A stretch of DNA of 64,000 nucleotides from Vulcanimicrobiota bacterium (lineage in GTDB: Bacteria; Vulcanimicrobiota; Xenobia; Xenobiales; JADMJV01). Under the pieces are notes generated by a model. It had not been told where the DNA came from, made no database searches, and worked only from the letters and a program-made list of their open reading frames with translations. Positions 27,033 to 36,270 of the stretch are shown piece after piece. Positions within the stretch are counted from its first letter, which is position 1; the number at the start of each line of letters is the position of its first letter. Where the stretch lies: contig JBFWNU010000011.1 of assembly GCA_050250895.1 (NCBI GenBank), forward strand, positions 1-64,000. The letters are read 5' to 3'. Both the position numbers and the translations under genes were made by a program.

Positions 27033-28598
27033 GTGCGTGAGCTCAAACCAGAACGAGCCCTGATTCTCTATGACGAGAGCGGCGGCCCCGAGATGGAGGT
27101 CGCAGCCGCCCACGGCATCGACCCGAAGACGGTCTGGGTCAGCGCTCCGCTGAGCACCAGCCTGCTCGACAAGGTTCGCCTCTCGGGAGTGCCCCTGCTC
27201 ACCAACGACGCCCGCCGCGACCCCGATTTCACCGACTCTTTCAGCCTGCAGGTGTCGGAGATCCGTTCGGTCCTGTGCGTTCCGCTCTTTGGCCCCAACG
27301 ATGCGGTGGTGGGGCTGCTTTATGCCGACAGCACGGTGGCCAGCGGCGCCTTTCGTCGCCAGCATCTGGCCGGCGTAACGGCCTTTGCCCGCCAGCTCGA
27401 GCGGCTGCTTTTCTCGTCCGAGTCGGGCCGCCCTCGTTGGCCCCACCCTCAAACTCCGACCTCGGCCGCCCCGACTCGAGCCAATCGCTCCTCGAGGCCG
27501 GTGCCGGTGGACACCTCCCCCACTCCTACCTCGCCCCCCCCGCCCACAGATGCCGACCTGCGCCTTCCTCTAGCTTCCAAGGTCTGGCTCTTTCGCTCGC
27601 TGGCCACCATGGTGGCCTCGGGCATCTCACTGGCTCGCGGCCTGCACCTTTTGGCCGCTCAAGATGAGCAACAACAGCTGGCCACCCTGGCCCACGGCAT
27701 CGTGACGCGACTCGAGCGCGGTCAGGCTTTGAGCGCGAGCATGCGCCAGTTCCCTCGAAGTTTTGCGGCCTTCGAGTGCAACCTGGTCGAAGTGGCCGAG
27801 CGCTCGGGCAAGCTGCACCTGGTGGTCGAACGCCTGGCTTCGCGCATCGAGGGCAGTCACCGCACCCGCCTGAAAGTGCGCTCGGCTTTGACCTATCCGG
27901 CCCTGTTGCTGGGGGCCTGCCTGCTCTTGTTGCTGGTGGTGCCCCCCTTCTTGCTCGATGGCCAACTTCGGGTGCTGGCCCAGTCGGGTCTCGAGCCTCC
28001 CCTGCTGACCCGCGCCATGATCGGGCTCTCGGGCCTGGTCCGCTCTCCCTGGTTTGCCCTGGCCTCGGCCGTGATGGTGGTGGCCCTGGCGACCCTGGTG
28101 GCCCAGCTGGGCCGTCGACCCGCCTGGCGTCTGGCCGGCATGCGAGCCGGGCTATCGATTCCTTACGTGGGCCCGGTGCTGCGTCTGATGGGAGTAGCCG
28201 AGTTCTCGCACGCGCTGGCTCTGCAGCTCGAGGCTGGAGTGCTTCTCTCCCAAGCCCTGCCGATGGCCGGCCAGGCCAGCGATAATCCGGTGCTGGCCGA
28301 GCAGGTCCCCCACGGCGTGGCCGCACTTTTGGAGGGAGCCAACCTTACCCAGGCCCTGAGCCAATGCTCGTTCTTTCCCACCACCTACCTCTCGCTGCTC
28401 GAGGTCAGCGAGACCTCGGGACACACGGTCAAGACCCTCGACTGGCTAGCTCGTTTCTATGAAGAAGACATCGAGACCGGATTGGCTCGCTTTGCGGCCG
28501 TCTTCGAGCCGCTGATGTTGCTCTCGATGGGATTGATGGTGGCGGTCACGTTGTTGGCCACCCTGCTACCCACCCTGCGATTGGTCGAGACGCTGTGA
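27033..28598 (+). CDS. GAF domain fused to PilC/GspF platform protein
   Basis: GAF-like IRSVLCVPL...VGLLYAD, Pro-rich linker, and two T2SSF repeats (FRSLATMVASGI, ERSGKL, SALTYP, FEPL). Confidence 0.85.
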   Translation: MRELKPERALILYDESGGPEMEVAAAHGIDPKTVWVSAPLSTSLLDKVRLSGVPLLTNDARRDPDFTDSFSLQVSEIRSVLCVPLFGPNDAVVGLLYADSTVASGAFRRQHLAGVTAFARQLERLLFSSESGRPRWPHPQTPTSAAPTRANRSSRPVPVDTSPTPTSPPPPTDADLRLPLASKVWLFRSLATMVASGISLARGLHLLAAQDEQQQLATLAHGIVTRLERGQALSASMRQFPRSFAAFECNLVEVAERSGKLHLVVERLASRIEGSHRTRLKVRSALTYPALLLGACLLLLLVVPPFLLDGQLRVLAQSGLEPPLLTRAMIGLSGLVRSPWFALASAVMVVALATLVAQLGRRPAWRLAGMRAGLSIPYVGPVLRLMGVAEFSHALALQLEAGVLLSQALPMAGQASDNPVLAEQVPHGVAALLEGANLTQALSQCSFFPTTYLSLLEVSETSGHTVKTLDWLARFYEEDIETGLARFAAVFEPLMLLSMGLMVAVTLLATLLPTLRLVETL

Positions 28599-28978
28599 GA
28601 CGCGGCTATAGTCTGCTCGAAGCGGTGGCGGCGCTCTTTCTGTTGAGTCTGATCACCATTCTGGTGCTCGATCTTTTACCCAGCACCCGCCTGACCATTC
28701 GCCAGGGCGAAGACCGCTATCAGGCCCAGCTGTTGGCCCAATCGGCCCTGGCCCAGGCCGAGGCCGAACGCTTTGAGGAGCTGGTGGTGGGCGAGAGTCG
28801 CGAACTCGATGACCAGACCCGGGGCACGATCGTCTTTCACCTCGAGCGCAAGGTGCAGACGGTGGCCGGCCACGACCCCGACCGCCTGCGCCGGGTGGCC
28901 GTGACCGTGCGCTGGCAAGAGCGCACCGGAGCCAAGTCGATCACGCGGGAGGTCTATGTCGCCAGAGTCCCGCGCTAG
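28595..28978 (+). CDS. Type IV pilin-like/pseudopilin protein
   Basis: RRG-YSLLE prepilin motif plus hydrophobic helix. Confidence 0.85.
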   Translation: MRRGYSLLEAVAALFLLSLITILVLDLLPSTRLTIRQGEDRYQAQLLAQSALAQAEAERFEELVVGESRELDDQTRGTIVFHLERKVQTVAGHDPDRLRRVAVTVRWQERTGAKSITREVYVARVPR

Positions 28979-29552
28979 AGGCTTCACGCTGGCCGAGCTG
29001 CTGGTGGCCATCGCCCTGGGAGTGGTGACCCTGGCCATTCTGGTGAGCCTGGTCATGGCCACGGTGCGGGTGTCCTTTCGAGGCACGGCCCGGGTCCAGC
29101 TGCAGCAATCGGCTCTGACGGCTACCAACCGGTTGGCCGAGGACCTGGCCAATGCTCCTATCGCCGGTGTGACGATGTGGCAGCAACCCGACAGCTTTCG
29201 CCTGGCCATCCACCGGCTCGGCAATGTCGGCCTCGACGGAGAGCAGGTCTGGGCCGACACCCTGCTGGTCTATGGCTGGAACAAGTCGGATGGCCGGCTG
29301 GTCCGACTCGAGGTCCCCGGCATGGGCACCGAGCGAGCGCGGCGACCGACCCGGGCCGAGGTCCAAGGTTGGCTGGCCGACTCCTCGCTGCCCCGGCGTG
29401 GCCTGGCTGTCGAAGTGATCCGGCTTGAGCTCAACAGCTCGCTGCCGCCGCCGGCCCTGGCCCAGCCCCTGAAGCTGGTGATGGACCTCGAGCGCGGCTC
29501 GGAAAAATTTCGCCTGGAGCGCGACTTCTTCCTGATGAATTCTAGCCTATGA
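28956..29552 (+). CDS. Type IV pilin-like/pseudopilin protein
   Basis: RG-FTLAEL prepilin motif. Confidence 0.88.
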   Translation: MSPESRARGFTLAELLVAIALGVVTLAILVSLVMATVRVSFRGTARVQLQQSALTATNRLAEDLANAPIAGVTMWQQPDSFRLAIHRLGNVGLDGEQVWADTLLVYGWNKSDGRLVRLEVPGMGTERARRPTRAEVQGWLADSSLPRRGLAVEVIRLELNSSLPPPALAQPLKLVMDLERGSEKFRLERDFFLMNSSL

Positions 29553-29569
29553 CCTGGTATGATAGACAG

Positions 29570-31186
29570 ATGGGGAAAAAACGGGGCGTGTCGGTGGGAA
29601 CGACGCTGCTGGCGGTCAGCCTGGTAGCCGTGCTCGGCTTCACCCTGGCCAGCCTGAGCGTCACTCACCTTTCTCTCACCACCCGCGAGGCCAATAGCCT
29701 GCAAGCCCACAACCTGGCCCGCTCGGCGGTGCGCCAGGCCATGGCCAGCATTCTCGAGCAGAGGTCGTTCGGTCTCAACGGCACCGCGGCAGAGAACCTG
29801 ACGGTGCGTCTAGAAGGCAGTCAGGGAACGGGTCGCCTGACCTTTCACCGCGATGTCGCCGAGGATTGGCGCATTCCGGTCTCGGTCAACAACATCCAGG
29901 GAACGGCCTCGGTAGAGGGCGGCCAGGCCCAGATCGTGCCCGTCGCGGCGGCCCACCTGGTAGGCGTGGGCGAGAGCGGCGGAGTGGTGGCCACCGTCGA
30001 GGCCATTCTAGTGGTTCCGCCCTTCCCCTTCGCCATCGCCTCGGGAGGGCCCATCGTGTCGCGGGGCAGCGTCTTGATTGCCGGCTTGCCGGCCGGCACC
30101 GAGCCGACCCTGGACCTGACCCAACTCGACCCGGCCGACCTGCTCACCAACGACACCAGTAACCACTCGGTGCAACTGGGAGCCGACACGACCGTGGCCG
30201 GCGACATCCAGTCGGCCGGCCAGGTGGTGCTCGACGATCCCACCGTGAAGGTCCTGGGAGAGATTCGCAGCCAGGCCTCTCCCGAGAAGATTCCGACCCT
30301 GCAGGCCGAGCAGTTCGACCCGGCCGCACTCGGCATGGCCTATGACACGCTGGGTGACAACAGCCTGGGCCAACAGGGCGACGGCCAGCAGGGGGACGGC
30401 CAGCAGCCGACCCACCTGAGCGGCGCCGTGCGTTCCAACCATTCCGTCCGGTTCCGAAAGGGGCTCGAACTCGACGGAGCCACCTTGTTTATCGACGGCG
30501 ATCTGGTGGTCGAGGGCGGCCTTAAAGGCAGCGGAGTGGTGGTGGTCAAGGGGAAGACCACCATCTCGGGCGGCACTTCGCTCGACACCGAAAACCAGGT
30601 GGCCATCCTATCCGAGGGCGACATCGACCTGACCGGAGTCGGCCCGATGAGTTCGCGCTTTCAGGGCCTGCTCTACACCGACGGTGGCTTGCGCGCCGAA
30701 CAGATCTCGCTGGTGGGCACGCTGGTGGCCCGGGGCGAGCGGGGAGTGCGCCTGGCCGACACCTATGTTTTTGTCGAGAAGAGAGCCGTGACCGAGCAAA
30801 CGGAATCTCTTCCACGTGGCAACTGGACCTTCGACTTGAGCGGGCCAGGCTATATCGGGCAGGGTGGCGGTGCCCCCCTGCCTGACGAGATTCGTGGCCC
30901 TCAGCCTCCACTACAGGTCGACATTCAGGCCGATGGTCAGCAGTTCTTCGTCACCTTCACACCGGGACCCAGCGGCACTTTCACCGACGTGAAAGGCCTC
31001 CGAACGTTTATCCAGGCCAACATCATCGATCCAGCGATGGCCAAGGCCATCCTCAGCCAGGTGTTAGCCGGCATGACCCTGCCCGGAGTCCACTATGTCG
31101 ACGGCACCGGACTGGTGTCGATGGAGCCCAGCCAATTCCTCAAGGCCGAAGAGGACATCCGCCTGGCTCTCTGGCGTGAACGGTAG
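29570..31186 (+). CDS. PilX/GspK-like minor pilin protein
   Basis: KRG-VSVGTTLL hydrophobic N-terminus lacking Glu5, QAHNLARSA, beta-rich body. Confidence 0.75.
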   Translation: MGKKRGVSVGTTLLAVSLVAVLGFTLASLSVTHLSLTTREANSLQAHNLARSAVRQAMASILEQRSFGLNGTAAENLTVRLEGSQGTGRLTFHRDVAEDWRIPVSVNNIQGTASVEGGQAQIVPVAAAHLVGVGESGGVVATVEAILVVPPFPFAIASGGPIVSRGSVLIAGLPAGTEPTLDLTQLDPADLLTNDTSNHSVQLGADTTVAGDIQSAGQVVLDDPTVKVLGEIRSQASPEKIPTLQAEQFDPAALGMAYDTLGDNSLGQQGDGQQGDGQQPTHLSGAVRSNHSVRFRKGLELDGATLFIDGDLVVEGGLKGSGVVVVKGKTTISGGTSLDTENQVAILSEGDIDLTGVGPMSSRFQGLLYTDGGLRAEQISLVGTLVARGERGVRLADTYVFVEKRAVTEQTESLPRGNWTFDLSGPGYIGQGGGAPLPDEIRGPQPPLQVDIQADGQQFFVTFTPGPSGTFTDVKGLRTFIQANIIDPAMAKAILSQVLAGMTLPGVHYVDGTGLVSMEPSQFLKAEEDIRLALWRER

Positions 31187-31221
31187 AAGGGTCCCACCCG
31201 GGCAACGGCCAAACGAAGGGG

Positions 31222-32079
31222 ATGTCGAACGAGAAGACCCTCGAATCCTTCGGGTCGCTGCCAGAACCCGAGAAATCCCCCGGCACGCACCCGTGCCTGC
31301 TGGTGCTATCGGGACCTGAGGAAGGGGCCGTCTACGGTCTGACCGATGGCGAGACGGTGTTGGGCCGCTCGGCCGAGCAAGCCCAGATCGTGCTGACCGG
31401 CCGCGGTATCAGCCGGGCCCATGCTCGCATCTACTACGAAAACGGTCAGTTGCTGGTGGTCGACCTCGAGTCGACCAACGGTATCTACGTCAACTCTCAG
31501 CGTGTGACCGAGCGCTATCTGCAGGGCGGCGATGTGCTGGCGCTGGGCTCGGACGTGACCATGAAGGTGACCTTTCAGGACGAGGCCGTTCGCAAGCTCA
31601 TCGATGCCCTCTACAAGGGCGCCACGCTAGACGAGTTGACGGGCGTGCTCAATCGCAAGAGCTTTCTCGCCCGGCTCGAGCAACGCCAACCCGATAGCGT
31701 CGTCGCCATGGTCGATGTCGACGACTTCAAGACCATCAACGACACCTACGGACACCAGGCCGGCGACGCGATCCTTCAGCAGCTTTCACGCCGCCTGAGA
31801 GCTAGCCTGGCCCAGGACGGCTTCGTTGGTCGCTACGGCGGCGAGGAGTTCATCCTCTACGTGCGCCGCCCCCTCAACGCTGCCACGCTGCTGCTCGAGG
31901 GCATTCGGCTGGGCATCGCCTCCTCAGGCTTTCTGGTGGAAGGCCACGACAACATCCGCCTCACGGTCAGCATCGGTGTGGCCGCCTGCGAGGGCACGAT
32001 CGACGACATGGTGGGCCGGGCCGACGACGCCCTCTATGTCGCCAAGACCGAAGGCCGCAACCGCGTCATCTCGGCGTGA
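31222..32079 (+). CDS. FHA-GGDEF diguanylate cyclase
   Basis: FHA (LGRS, ISRAHA, STNG) plus [20 protein letters not shown]. Confidence 0.93.
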   Translation: MSNEKTLESFGSLPEPEKSPGTHPCLLVLSGPEEGAVYGLTDGETVLGRSAEQAQIVLTGRGISRAHARIYYENGQLLVVDLESTNGIYVNSQRVTERYLQGGDVLALGSDVTMKVTFQDEAVRKLIDALYKGATLDELTGVLNRKSFLARLEQRQPDSVVAMVDVDDFKTINDTYGHQAGDAILQQLSRRLRASLAQDGFVGRYGGEEFILYVRRPLNAATLLLEGIRLGIASSGFLVEGHDNIRLTVSIGVAACEGTIDDMVGRADDALYVAKTEGRNRVISA

Positions 32080-32270
32080 AGAAGAGGGGGTCGCGCAGCC
32101 AGTCCGAGGTTCGTCGCGAGCTCGAGGCCCTGCTGGCGCAATCGCACGATGACTCGAACTTGCGAGAAAGACTTGAAGAACTCGCTGGCGAGCTGGCCTT
32201 CGCCGGCCTGACCTTCGTCTGGGCGCCCGCGAGCTCACCCGGCCGGGCGTCACCCCGAGCGGCGAGCTGA
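32076..32270 (+). pseudogene. Probable 5' gene fragment truncated by repeat sequence
   Basis: Coupled GTG start and ~51 protein-like codons (…LEELAGELAFAGLTFVWAP), then it runs into element repeats and stops. Confidence 0.5.
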
Positions 32271-32474
32271 CCTGGCCCGTCATCCCGGGCGGCGAGCGGC
32301 TGACTCGTGAACGCCTCTGTCTTCCGCACGGAAGTAGCCGCCTCTTTAGCCGCCCGCCATCCCGGCCTTAAGGTCACCCGGCCGGGCGTCACCCCGGGCG
32401 GCGAGCGGCTGACTCGTGAACGCCTCTGTCTTCCGCACGGAAGTGGCCGCCTCTTTAGCCGCCCGCCATCCCGG
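32235..32474. repeat. Direct repeats at the 3' end of the HNH gene
   Basis: 82-bp duplication (32284-32365 and 32393-32474, 1 mismatch), each copy with CTTCCGCACGGAAG. CACCCGGCCGGGCGTCACCCCG at ~32236 and ~32374. Confidence 0.85.
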
Positions 32475-33473
32475 GTCTCGCGCGAAGTCTTCCTCGTGGA
32501 CGACACCGTGGCAGGCAGGGCAGAGCAACCTCAACTCGCGAGCCAAATTGCGACCACCCCGAGCGACCGGCCGACAGTGATGCACCTGCAGCGGCCCCCC
32601 TTTGCATCCGCAATTCTCGCAGCGTCCCTCGGCTCGGGCGAACACGGCCTTCAACTCGTCAGCGGGAATCTTTTTGCGGCCGGCAGGCACGAGCGCCTCT
32701 TCCACTACCCGCATTGGCGCCGGAAGGGGCCCGCGCTCGGTGTCGTAAAAGCCTTGACCGCTCTCGGGGTCAACCCAAACACTCACCTGATGACGCACTT
32801 TACTGCGGCTGTCCGCTGAAGAAAGGGACCCCTCGGCGAGTGACACCAGGGCAGCCTCTCGATTGACGCGCTTGCCCGCCCGTGCTCGGGCCAAACTGAT
32901 GGCTTGTTCGAGCACTGCGTACTGCTCGGGGGTGAAACGCAGAGTCACGGTGATCAGCTGGGGCAAGACTTCGGGAGCGGCGGATAGCGGACTCTCGCTC
33001 TCAGGCAGCGTCTCTTGGGCCTGGCGCTCGGCTTGGCGCGCTTTGCCACGCTTGTACTCCGTTGGCGACACCGCCACCATCCGTGCAACCGTGTTCGCGT
33101 CGTGCTTACGGGCCCGCTCCAACCAGGCGTTCTCGGTGGCAGGCGTGGCCACCCGTGTGATCTCGCGCACTTTGGTCCAACACAGTTCAGCCCGCCGGAA
33201 AGCCTCAGAGATATCGGGCATGGCTTCAAAGCAACGAGCCACCCGCAATAGCTCAAGCGCCTTGTGGCGCGAGAGATCCAGCAGCTTCTCGGCGTAGGCA
33301 AGCACGTCGCCATAGCCTTTCAGGCGGTGGAGGCCGGCTCGTTCGGTGGCGAGCAGGTGGACGGCCATGGTCCATTCGCTGCGGGCAAGCTCGAGGCGAG
33401 CGGCCTGGTTGCGCTCGTGAAGTTGGTCGGGAGTAAGCTGGCGCAAGGTGGAAACGAGAGCAGAAAGAGACAT
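32346..33473 (-). CDS. DUF222-like HNH endonuclease
   Basis: C-terminal CENCG...LQVHH...GG.N...LLCPACH. N-terminal region with ELCWTKVREITRVATP..E.AWL. GGAGG RBS. Confidence 0.88.
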   Translation of the reverse strand: MSLSALVSTLRQLTPDQLHERNQAARLELARSEWTMAVHLLATERAGLHRLKGYGDVLAYAEKLLDLSRHKALELLRVARCFEAMPDISEAFRRAELCWTKVREITRVATPATENAWLERARKHDANTVARMVAVSPTEYKRGKARQAERQAQETLPESESPLSAAPEVLPQLITVTLRFTPEQYAVLEQAISLARARAGKRVNREAALVSLAEGSLSSADSRSKVRHQVSVWVDPESGQGFYDTERGPLPAPMRVVEEALVPAGRKKIPADELKAVFARAEGRCENCGCKGGPLQVHHCRPVARGGRNLARELRLLCPACHGVVHEEDFARDPGWRAAKEAATSVRKTEAFTSQPLAARGDARPGDLKAGMAGG

Positions 33474-33588
33474 GGGACCTCCAGAGAGTTGGTTCGGGGA
33501 TTGCTCCTATTTTAGCATTTTTCAACCCCGAACAACAAGCGAAAACACCGATGAAATCTACCTTTGGAGCGGTTATCCACCTGAAGAC

Positions 33589-35553
33589 GGGGCCGGCAGA
33601 CTTCCGCCCGGAAGAGCGCCGCTGAGGACCGCCAGGTCGGCCCACGCTACCCGGTGGCGAGCACCAGCGGGTCGCCGGTCCCAGCGGGTCGCCGGTCCCA
33701 GCGGGTCGCCGCCTCTGAGAGGAGCCCCGCCGCCCGAACAAGCAACTTCCGCACGGAAGAGCGCCGCGAGGACGACCAGGTCGGCCCACGCTACCCGGTG
33801 GCCAGCCCCAGCGGGTCGCCAGCACCAGCGGGTCGCCGCCGGGATGGCCGGGCGTCCAGCGGCGGGCCGGCAGACTTCCGCACGGAAGAGCGCCGCGAGG
33901 ACGACCAGGTCGGCCCACGCTACCCGGTGGCGAGCACCAGCGGGTCGCCGGTCCCAGCGGGTCGCCGCCTCTGGACGAGCCCCCGCCGGGAAAGCCCCCG
34001 CCGGGATTGGCCGGGCGCTCCAGCGGCGGCCGGCAGACTTCCGCACGGAAGAGCGCCGCTGAGGACGACCAGGTCGGCCCACGCTACCCAGTCGCCAGCA
34101 CCAGCGGGTCGCTGCCGAGATTGGCCGGGCGCTCCAGCGGCGGGCCGGCAGACTTCCGCCCGGACGAGCGCCGCGAGGACGATCAGGTCGGCCCACGCTA
34201 CCCGGTGGCGAGCACCAGCGGGTCGCCGGCCGAGGCTAGACTCGCCTGCCGGGGCCGCTCGCCGCCACGGGAAAGCCCCCCGCCGGGATTGGCCGGGCGC
34301 TCAAGCGGCGGGCCGGCAGACTTCCGCACGGAAGAGCGCCGCGAGGACGACCAGGTCGGCCCACGCTACCCGGTGGCGAGCACCAGCGGGTCGCCGGCCG
34401 AGGCTAGACTCGCCTGCCGGGGCCGCTCGCCGCCACGGGAAAGCCCCCCGCCGGGATTGGCCGGGCGCTCCAGCGGCGGCCGGCAGACTTCCGCCCGGAA
34501 GAGCGCCGCTGAGGAGGGCCAAGTCGGCCCACGCTACCCGTGGCCAGCCTCAGCGGGTCGCCGCCTCTGAGAGGAGCCCCGCCGCCCGAACAAGCAACTT
34601 CCGCACGGAAGAGCGCCGCGAGGACGACCAGGTCGGCCCACGCTACCCGGTCGCCAGCCCCAGCGGGTCGCCGCCTCTGAGAGGAGCCCCGCCGCCCGAA
34701 CAAGCAACTTCCGCACGGACGAGCCCCCGCCGGGATTGGCCGGGCGCTCCAGCGGCGGGCCGGCAGACTTCCGCCCGGAAGAGCGCCGCTGAGGACGACC
34801 AGATCGGCCCACGCTACCCAGTCGCCAGCACCAGCGGGTCGTCGGCCCCAGCGGGTCGCCGCCTCTGAGAGGAGCCCCGCCGCCCGAACAAGCAACTTCC
34901 GCCCGGACGAGCCCCGCCGGGATGGCCGGGCGCTCCAGCGGCGGGCCGGCAGACTTCCGCCCGGAAGAGCGCCGCTGAGGACGACCAGGTCGGCCCACGC
35001 TACCCAGTCGCCAGCACCAGCGGGTCGCCGGTCCCAGCGGGTCGCCGCCTCTGGACGAGCCCCCGCCGGGATTGGCCGGGCGTCCAGCGGCGGGCCGGCA
35101 GACTTCCGCACGGAAGAGCGCCGCGAGGACGACCAGGTCGGCCCACGCTACCCGATGGCCAGCCCCAGCGGGTCGCCAGCCGAGGCTAGACTCGCCTGCC
35201 GGGGCCGCTCGCCGCCACGGGAAAGCCCCCCGCCGGGATTGGCCGGGCGCTCCAGCGGCGGGCCGGCAGACTTCCGCACGGAAGAGCGCCGCGAGGACGA
35301 CCAGGTCGGCCCACGCTACCCGGTGGCGAGCACCAGCGGGTCGCCGGTCCCAGCGGGTCGCCGCCTCTGGACGAGCCCCCGCCGGGATTGGCCGGGCGCT
35401 CCAGCGGCGGGCCGGCAGACTTCCGCCCGGACGAGCGCCGCGACGACGACCAGGTCGGCCCACGCTACCCGGTGGCCAGCACCAGCGGGTCGCCGCCGGG
35501 ATGGCCGGGCGCTCCAGCGGCGGCCGGCAGAACTTCCGCCCGGAAGAGCGCCG
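33589..35553. repeat. About 2-kb mosaic array of modular GC-rich repeats
   Basis: About 16 copies of ACTTCCGC(A/C)CGGA. 13 copies continue into a ~75-bp core containing TCGGCCCACGCTACCC, joined by a few recurring modules. Single-base indels argue against coding. Confidence 0.92.
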
Positions 35554-35560
35554 TCAGCGC

Positions 35561-36238
35561 CTAGACATTTCTTCCCCAGGCTTCCACGAAAGTTCTCTGC
35601 ACCGCGTTGATCGGCTGCACTTCCGACTCCGTCAGCCGTAGAGCTTCAGCGACGGTCAGGCCCTGGGCGATCCGGTAACAGGCCACAAAGGTGCCGGTGC
35701 GTCCCCGGCCGGCCATACAATGAACCAGCCAACGGCCCGTTCGGGTCAGGTCCAAGAACCGTTGCACCTGGCCGGACGTAGGAGCCTGATCGTCCACCAC
35801 GGGCAGGTGGTGATAGGCCAGCCCGAGTTGGGAGCAAAGGTCCCGAGAGATCTCTGACTCGGCCCGCAAGTTGAGCACGCCGTCCAACCCCTCGAAACCC
35901 TGTAGGTGCTCGAGGCGCGGCTGGCAAGAGCGCCAGAGATGAGGCGAAACTTGCAGAGCGCGGTAGTGCAACTCGGCCCGGAACGCGTCCATGTATGACG
36001 GTGGTGTCGGTGGAAGGGCGAGCACGGCCGCCAGGTCCGACCACCAGTTTTCCGGCGCGGCTCTCAAACGGTCGAGATAGCTCGAGGGTGGCATCTGATG
36101 CAGACACTGCAGGCAGGTCTCTCCATCGCGCGCTTGGACCGCCTGGGCAAATCGTTGCAGGCGCTCCGGCTCTTGATCGAGCCAGGCACGAGCCAGCTTC
36201 AAGCCCTGGCGCCTAAGAATCCTTTGCAACGGGTCCAC
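35561..36238 (-). CDS. Dual-specificity/tyrosine protein phosphatase
   Basis: VHCMAGRGRTG (HCx5R), LNLRAE, PVVD. TACAAT-N6-GTG start. Confidence 0.9.
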   Translation of the reverse strand: MDPLQRILRRQGLKLARAWLDQEPERLQRFAQAVQARDGETCLQCLHQMPPSSYLDRLRAAPENWWSDLAAVLALPPTPPSYMDAFRAELHYRALQVSPHLWRSCQPRLEHLQGFEGLDGVLNLRAESEISRDLCSQLGLAYHHLPVVDDQAPTSGQVQRFLDLTRTGRWLVHCMAGRGRTGTFVACYRIAQGLTVAEALRLTESEVQPINAVQRTFVEAWGRNV

Positions 36239-36270
36239 GCCTCGATTGTAGCGAAAAGAGCCTTGCCTGC

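Noticed and set aside
33589-35553. Mosaic array as a CRISPR or TIGR array
   Set aside because: No unique spacers, irregular period, and no adjacent cas or Nop-domain gene.
33448-35641. Many long ORFs across the mosaic array
   Set aside because: Open in several frames on both strands because the GC-rich repeats lack stops. Unit indels break frame.
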